From a virus (Duplodnaviria > Caudoviricetes): a stretch of DNA of 64,000 nucleotides. Location of the stretch: the IMG/VR virus record IMGVR_UViG_3300029928_000006, positions 26,075 through 90,074 of that record; one strand, 5' to 3'. The notes under the pieces were generated by a model that was given only the letters and a program-made list of their open reading frames with translations, did not search any database and had not been told where the DNA came from. Of this stretch, positions 12,756-28,500 are shown in pieces (the stretch's first letter is position 1; every line of letters begins with the position of its first letter). The position numbers and the translations under genes are program-made.

Positions 12756-13495
12756 AACAAAGAAAAAGAATAAATAACCTGCCTAAATATAATACTGGTA
12801 TGGATTTAGCTGGCTCTGTAAAAAATATAGGCGGCGACATTACTGGGTTTAAAACTTAGATAACATCTCTCCCGACAAAGCAACAGCTAGCTAATATGAA
12901 GCTACCTGGATAGTCTGGGTCTACTGGTGCAAAGAACATATCAAACAGAGTATCATAGGGTACTATTACATCTGCAGTTAATGGAACTATCGGTGTCATA
13001 AACGGTTATAATGCTATGCAAGACTCCGTTAAGAATAGTGGTGAACTTATGGCTTAGTCTGGACAAAGAACAGATTAGGCTTTTGGCGTTAATTATCAAG
13101 CCTATAATGATATTGACGAATCTAATGCAATGGATGACATAAGTAGTTCAGTTAGAAACAACACATTATCTATGGTTGGTGCAGGAGCTGGAGCAGGAGC
13201 CGCAGTTGGTTCTGTATTTCCTGGAGCAGGTACTCTTATAGGAGGTGCAGTTGGCGCTGTAGCAGGTTTATTTGGTGGGTTGTTCGGAGGTAAGAAAGCA
13301 AGAGAAAGACAGCGTAAGAAGATATTTAACGCACAGCAGAACGTAAACCTTATAAACTAGGTCAATAGGTCATCTGGAGCAACATAGGGCCTTACACAAC
13401 AATATTATCTCGATAATGGCAATACATACGATGATGTATTATATGCTAACAGAGGAAAAGATTTAAGAGCAAGAAGATATGTTAAAAGAAAATAA
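12746..13495 (+). CDS. Putative ejected/cargo protein with glycine-zipper helices, 249 aa with TAG=Gln
   Basis: Includes track ORF 13130..13360 (GAGAGAGAAVGSVFPGAGTLIGGAVGAVAGLFGGLFGG). Confidence 0.65.
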
Positions 13496-15170
13496 AGTAT
13501 GGACGCCTAACGGTTATCAGGTCGGTCCAACAAATAGTCTAGTTGGAAAAGGAGAATCAATTATAGACTATACAAATGGTACAGGAACTCTTGTAACAAA
13601 AGGGAAAGTTGGCGTTGATAATTAGCCAAGCTCTGTTAGAAGAGATGATAGTAATGTTATAGCTGGTAATGATACAGATTGGAGCAATGGTAGAAAGTTC
13701 TCAGAACAAGTTGCCCCATTAACAGCTTAGCTTTAGAAATACAATAAGATAGAAAATGATATGGGAAAGAGTGCTAAACTCAGCTCTTTATCAAAACAAA
13801 CGGTAGAGCTTCAGAGAAGCCAATTAGAGCGTGCTAAAGCCCCTATTTTGCAAGCCATGAAGAATATTACCGATAGGCAAGAGAAATAGCATTAGATCGA
13901 AGATTACGCGGCTTAGTACAAGGCAAATTGTGGCAAAGATAGATTTGATGGGGGTAAGAGTTTTTGGAGGTCATATACAACTGGAGGTAAGGGTAAAGTA
14001 TCTAACCTCATGCTTGATGCTGGATATATGTTACCAGCTATGTTGGAAACGTCTATGCTTAACCATTGGCGTAGGGAAAATCCTGTAATGCCAAATATTT
14101 ATGCAGCGAATAGATACGCCCCTATTGCATTACAAACTATGGCTAGCAATAGAATGTCTGCTAACCCTATACTTGAGAATTTGTATGCACAGGATAGATA
14201 GGCTGCGTATAACTTAGCAAATGCCGGAGGTTACACAGGAGGACAGAGACAGGCTAATAGAACAGCTTTAGCATTAGGTAACCAAAGAGCAATAGCTAAT
14301 GCCCTTATGGGTGTGCAGGAAAAGAATATAGGCTACAGGAATGCGTATGCTGAAATGGCTGCTAGACTGGGGGATAGTGAAGCTAGTAGATTACAGCAAG
14401 CTAATCAATATGGTTGGGAAGCTTATAATAGAGCTCATGGAGCTAAGACTAAAGGTATTGAAACCCACTTAGCTAACCTCGGTCTTATTGGTCAGAAATG
14501 GTTATCTCAACGTATTAAGAATAAACAGTACGGAGATATTCTTGATATATATCAACAAGATGTAGATAATAAGAACGCTGCATTAAAGGCTTTATATGGG
14601 GGTAACGCAACGCCTACTAATATAAGCAATACTAAGAATACAGGGCTCCCTACCACTACAAACAAATACAATATACTTAATCAATATTTTACCCCGGATG
14701 GATTTGGTGGTTAGAAATTTTCGATAATTAATCCATATACTTACCCAAGTAGCACTCCAACAAATCAAAGAATTGGTAAATACGGAACAGCGCCTGATCT
14801 TCTCCCAACTAAGGCTAGTGCAGATAGACGTAGACTGGCTGTTGTACCAAATATATTTAATAATCCAACTATGACTTCTGCAGAAATGGGGCAGAACCCT
14901 TCAAGAATGATGTTTAATTCTAATTTTTGGGTTCCTACTACAAATTATGATCCGAATGGCATTGTACTATATAATACGCAAAAGGAATTAGATGAGGCTA
15001 ATGCTATAAATAATGAATTGATAAATGCGACGTATGCGGACTATATGCCTGGAGGGCGGTTCTATAATCAAGGAGCATCAGGTGTATTGTTTAATAATAA
15101 CGATGATAGACTTCCTGGTTTTATTATGAATAAACGTAATAGGAAATACATTTATACTGGAGGGGAATAA
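13479..15170 (+). CDS. Putative cargo/ejection protein, 563 aa with TAG=Gln
   Basis: Track ORFs 14010, 14307 and 14871 share the frame of ATG 13479. Ala/Gln/Asn-rich and helical. Confidence 0.65.
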
Positions 15171-15172
15171 CA

Positions 15173-16543
15173 ATGATAGGAATGTACGATGAGCCAGTAG
15201 CAGTCCCAATTATAGACCTACTGGATAGCAGCATGATGTCATAGTACATAAGTGCTGCAAGAGAACAATATAATCAGGCTATATAGGAATAGAAAGAATT
15301 TGCTAAAGAGTTTGGAGATCTATATAGCCCAAGCGCTAGTCTAAATAAAGCTTATTATGATTAGACTAAGGGAAGAATTAATGCAGGCCTTAATTACCTC
15401 TACTAGAATGGTATAGACCCACTTAGATCCGCAGAAGGGAGAGCCTATATAGCTAAGATTGTAAGGGAAACCCCATATGCTCAATTAGCTAATTGGAAGT
15501 CTGATGCAGAAAATATGAGGACATATAACAAAGCTGCTGCGGCTTTAATGGCTGAAGGAAAATATGATAAAGACTATGCCAATTGGATGCTTGAACAACA
15601 AGGACTTGCACCGATGGAGAAGTTTGATCCATATAGTGATAGAAGGTGGACAGCTCTCAGCCCAGCTTAGTATGAAACCTTAGACCAGTTTACAAAGCCT
15701 TATGGTGATGCTATTAAACCAGGGTTACTTAATAAAGAAGCAGTAGAAGGATTAGGACAACAGTATGACCCTAAGAACGATTACCTTGGTATATCGTACC
15801 AATAGATTGATAAAGCAGCTAATAGTGCAGCATAGGCCCTTAAAGCTACTCCACAAGGTAAGTTTGAGGTAGAACGTATTAAGAGGCAAATGGTAGCCGA
15901 AGGATTAAACCCAACTGAAGCAGACGCAGATAAAATATTTGCAAGTAGAATCGCACAATCGTTTAGACCTAAAGCTGGTATATAGACGATGGATGCAAAC
16001 AAATATGCTTATGCTGATTACGCAAATCAACTTGCTAATGAACTTGATGCTAAGAAGTCGGCAAGGGATTTAGCAAATCAAAAAGCAATGCTTAAAGAAC
16101 AGTATAAATATGGAGCTGCCGGAGGAAAGGGCTCTAGTAAGCTCTCAATATTTGATATAGCTAGAGCATACCCGAAAACATCAGCAGGGCTTAATGTAAA
16201 TTCTGATTTATCAGCGGATGGTGTTGCTTTGGATAAAAATGTTAAGGTTACAAAATATCCTTCGGTGAAAGGCAGTTCTAATTATACTTAGCTAGATTTT
16301 AATACCGGTGATGTTCCTACTTTCTATTAGAAGAAGAATAGTGACAAAATGGTTTATCTTAGTAACGCAAAACCTAAACAAATAACTGCAAAAATGCTTG
16401 GAGGCTTACAGTATGTTCCAGAATATGGGAGATATATGATAAAGTGCCAGATATTAAAAATTGGAGGTGTTAAAAAGGCTCCTCAAAAAGGCAAAGTAAA
16501 CGAAGTATGGATTGAAGCTACAGAAACTGTTAAACATAAATAA
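15173..16543 (+). CDS. Putative cargo/ejection protein, 456 aa with TAG=Gln
   Basis: ATG 15173 is in frame with track ORFs 15989 and 16349, and ends at TAA. Confidence 0.65.
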
Positions 16544-16545
16544 TT

Positions 16546-19500
16546 ATGGCAAATAATTTACAATATATTTTAAGACCAGACTCTAGTACACCATAGTCTA
16601 GAGCTAACGCAGCGTTTAGAAAACTATCTTCAGATTTTAGGTCTGGGTTAAATAGAATTGCGCAGAGACGTTAGCCACAAAAGCCAAATTATATATCTAG
16701 AAGGTCTGGGTCTAGATTAGAAATGGACAGAATGCCTCACGGTAGTTGGTATAAGCCAACTGCAAGGACTAGAGAAATTGAGGAGGATGCTGCTGCACAG
16801 TACGATTGGGATAGCAAGATAAATAAAATGTATCAAGATCGTACTGCTTAGAGAGAGCGTGAACTGCAGGAAGAACGAGATGCCGAGCTTAAAGCAGAAG
16901 AAGAAAAGCGTAAATAGGAACAAGAAGCGGAAGAAAGAGCTGAACAAGAAGTAGACAATTACAATAAGCAAGTTGATGATAAGTTTGAATATACATTTGG
17001 TATTCTTAACAAATTGCCATATACTGGACAGGTTTTAAAATTCGCAAAACTTTTATATAAAGCTTCAGACGCATTAGGCTTATTGTCAAAGAATTCTAGC
17101 GATGGTGGTATCACTGAGTCTCAAGGTAGAATAGCTTTAGCTAAAACAAATAAAGAGCTAGCAGACGCATACCAATATACTACAGAAATAAAGACATTAA
17201 GAGCGTACGAGGAGCAAGATTTCGTAGATGGAACAGTAGACTATAATAAGCTGTATAAGACTATAGTTGACAAGTATAACAACTATAAGAAATTAGGATA
17301 TACTGAACATGATATAGCTGAAATGGCTAGAGCTTACGAAAACAAGTTCAAAACTCCTAATAACACTCCATTAGCAAAAGAAAGATAGGCTCTTGAAAAG
17401 AAACTTGGTGCAATAACAGATTTCGATTACACGAAAACATTGTCTCAGAAAGAGCAAGAGATAAATGGATATAAAAAAGACCAAGATGACGAAATAAAAG
17501 ATGAGACCGAAAGCTTGTATGGCGAGAATAAATTCTTTGGCTTAATCCCTAATAAGGTGCGTAGAAAACAATTCTGGTCTACAGTTTGGAATGTCAGTGA
17601 TGAAGCAAAGAAACTATCTGCCGTATCTGGTGATTTATCATGGAAAGACCCAGATTATTATTTATGGAGTCAGCTTCCACAGTTTGGGTATTCTGTATCA
17701 TCTGGAGCCGGTATTGTTGGAAGTGCTTTAGAGGGAGCGGCTGTTGCGGCTGGAGCTGTTGGTTCAGCTGTAGGATCCCCAGCTGCTGGTATTGCTGCTT
17801 ATACTGCTCTTAATACACTTGCAGCACCATTTAATTATCAAGGTGGACTAGGAGAAAACTATCAGGAAATAGCTTCCAAATGGGGCGATAATATACAAGA
17901 GAACCTGCAGATCTAGTTTAAAGGCAAGGATTTATCTAAAGTTCCATCTATTGTAGCTTTACAAAAACAAGCTATAGCAAAGGCTAAGGCTAGTGGTTTA
18001 TCTGACAAAGAAGCAAGGGAGTTCTACGATATCAACAATAACATTGGCCTTGGAAATGTCTTACAAATGTTTGGATCTGGACAGATTACAAGTAATGACA
18101 TTAGACTTAATAAAGCTAAAGTCGGTACTTCGAAAGGTCTCTTGCAACAGTTTAGAGCTGACAATGTAAGAACCATGAGTAGTACAGCTATACAATATAT
18201 GATCTCAAGCGTAGATTTAACTAAGAGCGCCGGTAAGGTTGTTAGTAAAGCTTTCAGTGGTGTTGGTAAATCTGCTGTAGCTAGGAAGATCGCTAATACA
18301 GGAGCTGGAAAAATTGTATCAGAAGTAGGAAAATCTGCTACTAGGTTTGCTAAAGATGTTAAAAAATATCAAAATTCATTCGTTGGTAACGCTGTAGACA
18401 AAGGTGCTCAATATGGGCAGGATGTAGCTGATGTTATCGGTGCTGGTGTACTCGGAAGAGGAGTCGGAAGAGTAATTGGAGCTGTAGCAGGTGGTACTGC
18501 AAAAGCTGCGAAAGATGCCGTACTAGATGTTATGCCCGAAAAAGCCAAAGAGGGGATATCTGCATTTGCTGAAGCGGCTTTTAATAAATTTGCAGCCTTA
18601 GGTAAATTTGTAGGAGCCGATAAAGTTAAAAAAGCAGCTTTAAAGTGGGCTGTAAGGAATCCAGTTTCCGCTGATGTTATAAAGCAAATAGCTACAAAAT
18701 ATGGCTATAAGAACGTTAAGGCTAATCTTGTAGATAAGCTTTCGGAAGCAAATGAAGAGTTAGCACAGTACATAAATAGTAAAAGAGACTTTGCTAAAAC
18801 CTATGGTTATGGTACAGGCGATCTTTCAGATATTGTATGGGATGACTTTATGCTTGGTGGACAAATAGCTAGGTTTTATTCCGCAGCAGCAGGTATAGGT
18901 AACTCTGAATTGTATGATGATGCTGAAGCTGTAAACAACTGGAAAGGCGGATTCTTTATGGGAGGTATGAACCCAGTTGGAGCAGCTAACTTACTATTCT
19001 CCTACAATAAAATCAAAGCTCAGACAACCACTAATGCAGCTATACTTGGTAGCACTATAGCCAATAGGGAGGCAGATAATAAGAGTAGAGCTAATAATCA
19101 GGTTCTTGTAGACATGGTGTCAAAAGGCCATTATGAGGAGTCTATGAATACTCTTGATGACTTACAAGCTAGGGATAAGAGAAGAAGTGATCGTAGTCAA
19201 AGATTAGGTAGCGATATCTTCTGGGAAAGAAAGAAGGAGAATCTAAACTTAATCTATAGACTGGTTAATGATAAAGTATTAAACAATCAGCTTGAAGCGC
19301 AGGGTATATACAAAGATACTCATGAGTATAATATAGCCGTTGCCGATAGAGCTAACCTCTTGCAACAAAGATTAGAAAACCAGCAGGAAAGATCTGAAAG
19401 AAATACTTCATTGCACGCTTTGTATGCACAGAAGATGTATCAAGACCAAACTAATCACATGGAAGAGGAGCTATCTTCAAGAAATATGGTTGGTGATGCT

Positions 19501-22500
19501 ATACAGGCAGCAGAAGCGAAACAGCAGAAGATAGATGACTATGTTAATAGTAAGACAAAAGAGGGTGACTCATAGGAAGTTATAGATTCTTACAGAAGGG
19601 AAGCAGAAGATAAGTATAAAGACTTTACTAAATAGTATTAGAGCGATTTAAAATCGACAAGACGTAGTAATATTCTGTCGTTTAGTTAGTCTGTAAATAG
19701 GCTACATGCATTACTCGACCTAAAAGCTTAGATGAGCACCCTTGATGATTGGTTTACATTCACTAAGGATAAGTTAGGTATATAGACACCTAGACCAGAT
19801 GCTAAATTTTTAGCTCAGAATATAGACAAATAGATAGCTGATATAAAAACGTAGATAAGTAAAGCAGATAAAGACTTTAAGGCTGACTCAAATGACGCTG
19901 AGGCTCTAGCATATGTGAATAACGCTACAGATGCGATAGGGTATGGAGATAGCCAAATTATCAACGAAGAGAAATATCAAGCTATTTATAATGCCAACGA
20001 CCAGCTTATACAAAGACAATTATCAGCAATGACGGATGGAGTTATTGAGGATAATGGTAGATATGTATACAATCCTGATGAATTTAGATACAGGAGAAAA
20101 CAGTAGGCATTAAAGCTTTCACTTGGTGATAAATATCAAGAAAAAGAACATGAAGTAGCTAGCCCGAAAGATCCAAAGGACTCTTATTTAAGGAAGAGAG
20201 TTAGTAAGATAGCTGAAGCTCAGGATAACAACTCTGCGCTAGAATGGATGCTCGCAGATATTGGTTCTGGTGACGCTGTAACAAATCTTAATGATGAGGT
20301 ATTTGCACAGCAAGAAAAAGAAAATAAGGAAGACTTCGATCAAATAGACAAAGAGTATAAAGCTGCTATGAGCGTTAATGATAATGCCACTCAGCTTACT
20401 AATACTAAACAACAAGATAATCCATAGGAAAGAGAAGAGCTTAAAAAAGAATTAAGCGAAAACGAAAAAGAGTATCAGCGTAAGAAATAGAAGACGAGAG
20501 AGCATTATAGGAAAAAGCGTAGGGCTCGTAGAAATAAGATGAGAGCCTCATTCTTACTTGGCTTTGATGAACTTGCTGTACAGGCATTTAATGGCCTTAT
20601 AGAGAATGCTAAAGTTGGTTTTTACAAATTTGAGCAGTTCTACAATGACATTAATGAAATAATGCAGCAAGAAGGTGAGCAAAGTGGACCAAGACTTTTA
20701 GCTATTGCCAAAGCTATGTATATTCGTCATTATTTGACATCTACGAAAGCTGAAAAAGCTAATATGAATAGACCTATTGATGTACAGTCTTTCGGAGCGC
20801 AGGTAGCTACGCACACATCTTAGGATATAATGTTTAATGGGTACAGGGATGCCCTTAAACAACAGCAGGATAGAACGTTGGTTAGTAGTTTCCACGCTTC
20901 TATTGCATACGATGAGTATGGTAAACTACATGTATTCATTAATCCTCGTGAAATAGACAGGCTTAAGGAAGAACTACATTATAACAATATACGAGAAAGC
21001 ATAATAGGGAAATCAAAAGATGATATTATATCGTACCTTTTAAACAACGCTGATAGATTTAACAATATAGACTTTACTAATATTGTAAACGAAATATTTA
21101 AACAGGATAACACTGATGAGCTATTACAAGGTCTTACATATTATTTGACATCAATAGATTCTAACGTATCTAGATCCCAATCTTTGTATGATTCGGATGC
21201 TATTAGACAAGCCGTTCAGGAAATTATGTTAGGAAAAGATTCTACTGAATCTATAGATAATTTTAATGGACTGAGAGGATTACCTGAGACAGTATAGTAC
21301 ATACAATCCATTAGGGACAGAATGCTTAATAACGGAGAGTATAAAGTGCTTGACACAGATATTCCTGTATATGGGTTCGATGAAAACGGGAATGGTATCC
21401 AATCACAAGCTGATGTTGTTTTAGTTAGCAACGATGGTCAAATAATAATCATTGACGTAAGGAATTCATATGTGCCGAATATGGAGCAAAGGATGAAATC
21501 TGGAGTGTTTGCGTATCGTTCTGATAAGACTATGATGCAGCAAGAACAGGAGCATATGAAGGATATTAACGTCGCATTATACGACCTATTTGGTTCTAAT
21601 GTGATTGGAACATATGTATTCCCATTTGTTGTAGATAGACGTAATAATTACATAAAAGCTGATCGAATATTCAGTATTGATTAGATCGACTTTAGTAAAC
21701 CAGTTACACCTTATTACAACAAATCTAACGAAGATATTTCTAACGAAGTAGTTAAGCCATTACAAGATAAGGTAAACGAGGTAACTGAAGAATTAAACTC
21801 TGTATTATAGCAGATAAATGACATCACTGGCGAAAGCAATGAAACATAGTCTTATGATATATTCAAAGAAGGCTCAAATAAGGCAGAATTATTGCTTCAG
21901 ATGAGAGATCTTTACACAGCCTTAGAAGATGTCCAGGCGCAAAAAGAAAGTGCCTCAGAACGCTTAGAATAGCTTAAAACAAAGAAGGTATACACTGATA
22001 CATCTGTAGAGGAGTATCCTGAGGATTACTTTATACATGATGAGCCAGATCAAGATTACGAAGCAGGGCTTGCTTAGGTTTATGAAACATGTAAGAAACT
22101 AGATACTTTGCTTAGCTAGATGACAGATTTAAGAGTCACCACAGCTGATGAAAGAGCTAGAATAAATGAGCTTATATATGCCGTATATGACGCGCAGACT
22201 GCAATAGATTAGTTCTACGGCAATGAATAGTTCGATACTAATAAAGTTATATCTGAACAGAAATTAATAGCTGCAGCGATAAATAAATTAGTTTCTAATA
22301 GCCTTATATACGGAGATGCTGCTAGCAAGGCTACACAGTGGTGGTCTACATAGTTTGCTTCTAATGTAGGTAATGCTGCGTATACATATTTCAACAAGAT
22401 TAAATCATATCTAAACACATTTGATAATGAGTTTATGAATAGCCTTGTTGGTAATAGGGATTTATAGAGGTTCTGGTCAGGCATATTCAATAATCAGTTC

Positions 22501-25500
22501 GCTTTTATAGTTAATGCTGCAGATAACGTTAAGACTGGTAATAGTACATTAGATGCTACACTGCAAGATACTGTATATGATGCTAGGGATTTTATTCAAC
22601 AGTTTAATAATAGATTCCCTGTAGATCCAAATGAGACAGAGACGTTTGATCCAAATAGCGTAGAAAGTATAAATAACATCGACGATCAATGGAGGGAGCT
22701 ATACAGTGATACAACTAAGCACTTCCCTGCATTTAGAGCTATGTTAGACCCTCATTATTTCTCTATAGCCCTAGATCCTAATCTTATATATCCTGGGGAA
22801 AATGGTAAGGTTGGATCAGCTGAGTTAGTACTTAGAGGTGATGATGTATAGCTTAAGGTTACAGATTCAAAGGGTAGAGCTATTTATATGACTTTTGACC
22901 AAGGCAATGACCAAGGACCAAAAGGAATCGACCCTAAGTATTTTAACAGAAAGAAAGCTGCAGACGCTAGATTTGTGCAGAAAGTTAAATACATGTTACA
23001 ATACATGAAAGCACATCCTGGCTATCATATAAACCTCACGTTAAGTAGATCTAAAGGATCTATAGAAAATGGTAAAACTCTACAGCCTGTTACAAAGTTT
23101 TTATTTGCTGGTACACTGAACCAACATGACTTGTATAACATTACGTGTGATAAGAAGAATCGTATTGGATTCCTTAAGGCTACGTTAAATGTAAATACCG
23201 GAGATGTAACAAAGATGGTGTTTGGTGGACCTAAACTCAATAATCCAATCAGCGGCTTTGATTTGGAGTATGTAAAGAGAACCTCTGTAACACAGTCTGG
23301 TAACATGGTATACTTCTACGATACTGGGGAAATAGAGAAGACTGTACAAAGTAGATCAATAGGTGTACCATTGGTGTCACCTAAGTTCACAGCCGGCGTT
23401 GGAGGACAAGCTAATAAAATAGCCGATCTAATATGGTACAGGGTTAATCAAGGTCAAACGATGTATCAAGGATATTCTATAGAGGACTTACTTAAATAGG
23501 TGCTTTACATTAAAGATGATAATAAAGTACTTGATGAAAAATTCAACTCTATAGAAGGTATGGTTACTCTTGATCCTGCAAATAAGCAAGTGTTTATAGG
23601 TAACTTAGCATATCCTTTAAACAATCCTTAGGACTATACCGCTTTGTATAATGCTTTATGTGATATGTATATTACAAAAGATTCGGGGTTTGTACAGTAG
23701 AATATGTCAGACTACATACAAAGTAGCAATAATTCTGTGTTAAGCGAACTTAAGAGTAGGTTTACTTACGACTCATCATTATAGAAAGTAGATCTCCCAA
23801 ATGGACTTACATTTGAAAGAGAAGACTTTATGCATGATAATGGTAGAGGTACAACAGGTCTTGGGTATTTGCTTAGGAATGGGTATTTGGTGTCTGCTGC
23901 AGCAAAGTTAAACCCACCTGTTATATACGTGGATGATGTACAACTTGTGCAAGATTCTCCAAAAACAGATTCTACTACGGTATCTAAAGTTGTGGCTAAG
24001 CAAACTATTGAGCAGGAGCAGAAAAAGGCTCAAGATAGCTTCTTTGATCTTTTCCATCATGAAACTAGCGAAGAAGAGTTCGAACAAGTTAAAAGAACTG
24101 AAAGTCCATCGTTTGCTGATGCTGTGACAACTTGGGTACAGAAAACTGTAGGTATTACCCCAGAATGGGTTAAGAAAGAAAAGCTTGACACTGCGCCATT
24201 TAAATCTGGTAACGTTGTTCTTGCTGAATGTTTGGCAAATGGTATTAGGCTATCTAATTCTGTTCCATACACAATTGGTTTCCATGAAGCCTTCCATAGA
24301 GCATTGGAGTTACTTGTAGACGACTCTACAAGGCAAGCTATGTACGATGCGTATGTGAAACATAATGGAGCTTTAACTGAAAGAGAAGTAGCCGAAGGTC
24401 TTGCTGACTTATTTACCGATTATATGATGGGTACAAAAGATGCTAGGTAGATTGGCAAACAGGGATGGATTAAGACTACATTGAAGAAGTTTGCTACAAG
24501 ATTGTGTATGATGCTGAAATATCGAGGAGACTATAGCACTATTGCAAAAATGTTCGAAATGACTAGGTCTGGTAGCCTCAAAGATAACAAGGTAATGAAG
24601 TCTGCAATCGATAGATACCAGTAGAAGTTTGGTGGTAACTTACACTATGAAATCAATGGTAAGCAGTTTAACACAATAGCTACAGCGTCTGATAAAGAGC
24701 ATATGGCTAGAGCACTTGCTTACATTATAGTTAATTCGGCAAAAGATGCATCAGCTATATATGACGCTGTTAATCAAAGCTCAGAGTTACCTATTAAGTA
24801 TATACCAATAAAAGTTATAAACTATCTTTCTGGGGAGCCTGGATATACCAAGCCGATCCTTAATGCAGAGTATATGACCACAAATGGTATTACTTAGGCC
24901 CAACAGGCGTTTAGGGAGGTATTTTACGCTACTCTTGATGATAACGGTAAATTAGTATTCCCTAATTTCAGCGCTATATCTAAAGAGGTATAGAAGTACC
25001 TTACAGAGATAATGGACGCTTATGATGGTAAATATCAACATGATGAGGATATAGAAGACAATGACGTAGTTGAAAACGATTATGGTAAATCCATAGAAAG
25101 ATATGATAGGTAGTCGTTCGAATTTAATAAGCTTGATTCTGTAAGTAAGCCAGTTAAATTTTTCTTTGCTACCATTCCTTATTATAGGTTTGATAATAAC
25201 GGTAATCTAACATTAGATCTCACTAAGAATAAATACGGCGTTCCGACATTTATGCCTATACAGCAAGTCTATAATGTACTTGTAAGTAAGCTAAACGACG
25301 TTAAGAACCCGGAGGATTTGATGAAGAGGTTACAACGTTTATCTACACAATCGCCAATGTATAAAGCTATATTTGATAAATTTGAGCGTTTGTATAACTC
25401 TGTATATAAATACGATTCTGAAGGAGAGCTTAGAAGCGTCGACTATGATAAAGAATCTGTTATGGTATAGATATTTAGCGCAATCAAAGGTCATGAGCAT

Positions 25501-28500
25501 AACTTTATTATAGGTAGGTCGTTTAGGAATAAAAATGGTGGAGTAGAAGTTAGAATCTCTACATCTAACTATGATAGAGACGCAGTAGCTTACCCAAGAG
25601 CTTGGAATTCTTTTTTGTCTTCAGGACAGACTGGGATTATTAAAAAGGTTGTAAGCTCAAATGGAATGCTTGAGCTTAATGATGTATACCAAGCTAATGG
25701 TAGGTAGATAAAAATGCACACAACAGTTAAACAGAATGCATTTACATTTATCGCAAACTACTTTTAGGACTTAACTAATGGCTTACAAAACGAAGAAGCT
25801 AATACTATTAGTATCAATGGGTTTGACGTCAATGTTGCATCAAATTCTGACATAGAGGTAGCTAAAGACCGTGTATGTGAGCTACTTAGAATGTTAGGTA
25901 TAACATTTAACAAAGATATTCTTGACAACATGCTGTCTGAAAATTATGGAGGAGTTGGAAGAGAAGCTTTGTCTAAATGGTTAAACCAAGGCGGAAAAGA
26001 AAGTATAAATAGTTTTATAAACGAGCTTTCTAAAGCAGTACAGATTAACGGATTGGTAAAGAAATAGGCTATAGACAACATCTTTAAGACTGGTTTTGTT
26101 AGTCAGCTAGGAAATGCCGCAGGAGCTTATCTTAAGATTACTACAGATAAGATGTCTATCGGTATGGATGGAACTAAGTTGTATAATGAATCCCAGAATA
26201 ACAGCATTACTAACACTGTTGAAAACTTGAATAGTAATGATAAGAATAACGCTGTTGTTAAAAACATCTTACAGTATGACTATAATATATCTACAGAAAA
26301 CAATGCTCCAGTAGGATCTATAGTAGCAAAGATGCTGTATAACAATTCCAACGTAAACATTAGCGTATCAACACCTATTGGTTTTAAATCTGACAATAGG
26401 GGCGATATGGGATCTAAGTATAGCAATCTTGCCGAAGCTGAAGACTATATTAACAAATTCGCTATGGTACAAGCTGGGTACTGTATATTTCCAACTCTTG
26501 CAGACAAAGGAACGTATATGGTGCTTAATGGAATTCCTATACCTGGGATGACATTTAATGTTAATAAAGATTGTCAATATACTGTATCGGGTGTACCTAC
26601 TATTGAATATATGTTCGATAACGGTTGGCAAGCAGGAATGCCTGTAGAAGACATGTTCTATCTAAGACCAAGTAATAAAGTTCTAGATCAGTTTATAGAG
26701 TATGCGAAGACTGAGTACTCTGCTATACTTAGCTGTAGAGAGCAACTCGGCATGCATGTAGACAATCCTAAAGGCTTACCTTTACTTAATGACGAAGATA
26801 AAATTGTAAACTACCATGTTACAAAAAGTGGCAAACCAGCGACCGGTGGAATAACGTTCCATTCTCTTACTACACTTAGAGTACCTAATGGTAAAGGCGG
26901 CATCGATAGATTTTCTATTAAAGAAATGACACCTGATGAGTAGATTAAAGTCGCACAGGAACAATTCTTTAGTAAAAGCCTCGATGAGCAAAGAACTATT
27001 ATGGCACTTACATTGTAGGAACAAACCAACAATGAAATAGACAAAGCGTTAAGCTTAGGGATTATAACTAAGCAGGAAGATGGTAACAATTATAACGGTC
27101 TTAATAATGCTTGCCTTAACTAGAGCCAGATAGATATTGTAGAGAGGTAGATATTTGAACAGATTAAACAGAAGCTCCCAGCTGCATCTGGAGTTGCTCT
27201 TAACGTACAGCTTGCTTAGAAGGCAGCTCATAGTTTAGCTATAATGTCTTTATTACAAGATGCTACGAATAGGTCTATAATATCGTCGGAAGAATGTCTT
27301 AGATTGTTTATTGGTAACCCTGGCTTCTTTAAAAACGTAGAAGATATACAAAAACGTATTGGAGGTCTTGTGTCTACCGGTGATGACAACGTTACAACGC
27401 TTCCTAACTTTGACGGGTCTACAAATGACTATTACACTTGTGCTGAAGTTGCTGATTATGAAGTTGGGTCTAAAGCAGAGATAATGAGTTCCCTTAAAGA
27501 AAAGATGAGGGAAGGCGAACTTAGAGAAATCTATGGCGACTATTTTGGATTCGAAAAAGTAGATGAGCTTGCTATAGATGATGTACGTAGTAAACTTGTA
27601 GAGAAACTTGGCGAAAATAAAGTAAAGAACATAGAATCTAGAGCTAACGATTTCTACAAATCGTATACATCTGGTATAAATGTAGCTGACGGTGCCTCGT
27701 ATATTACTGCTGATATGTGCAAGAGAATGCTTAGAGCTAGAGGAGCTTATAATTCCGATGTAGCTAAAGCATTTGATATCTTACAAGGTGAGACAGCTTA
27801 TTCTTGGGAAGACAAGAGAGACGCATTTAAGCTTATATACGACAAAACTAACCTTGTTACGACTAAATATACAGCTTACGGATTTAGAGACCATACAACG
27901 AACGGAAATAAAGTTTCTAGCTTATCTGTACCTTACTATAATAAGTTTGCTTTATTCCCTATATTCGAATGTCTTGCAACAGGTAAGTTGAAAAATATAT
28001 ACAATAAGATGAAGAATGAAGGGGTTGATAACCTACTTATGACATCTGCTGTTAAAGTTGGTTTACAAGGCAATGTCAAGTTCAATGGTGAAACTATTGA
28101 CAAACCGTTTAATAAGTACACACAACGTCTTGCAGCTCTTCGTAGATAGCTTAATACTGACCCTGAAGAAGGAGACGTAATAGCCGCTGGTACATAGATG
28201 ATTAAAGTATGTTTGTCAAGCTTACGTCTTGATAGAAAATACGGAGACCAAACTGGTAGATAGATTTTAGATAAACTAATGAGTTCGATTAATAAGTTAT
28301 CTTAGGTTGGAACTCAAAAGTTTATGGATAGATTCTATACAGATGGTTCAATAGATCAGAGAAAGCTTAGTAAATACCTTATTGAACAGCTTGGTACTAG
28401 AAATGCTAATAAGAACCTCATAGATGCACTTACGATTAATCCTGAAACAGGTTAGATGAACGCCCCTATAGCAGCAACGTCTGACGCTAGCTGGATGGAG

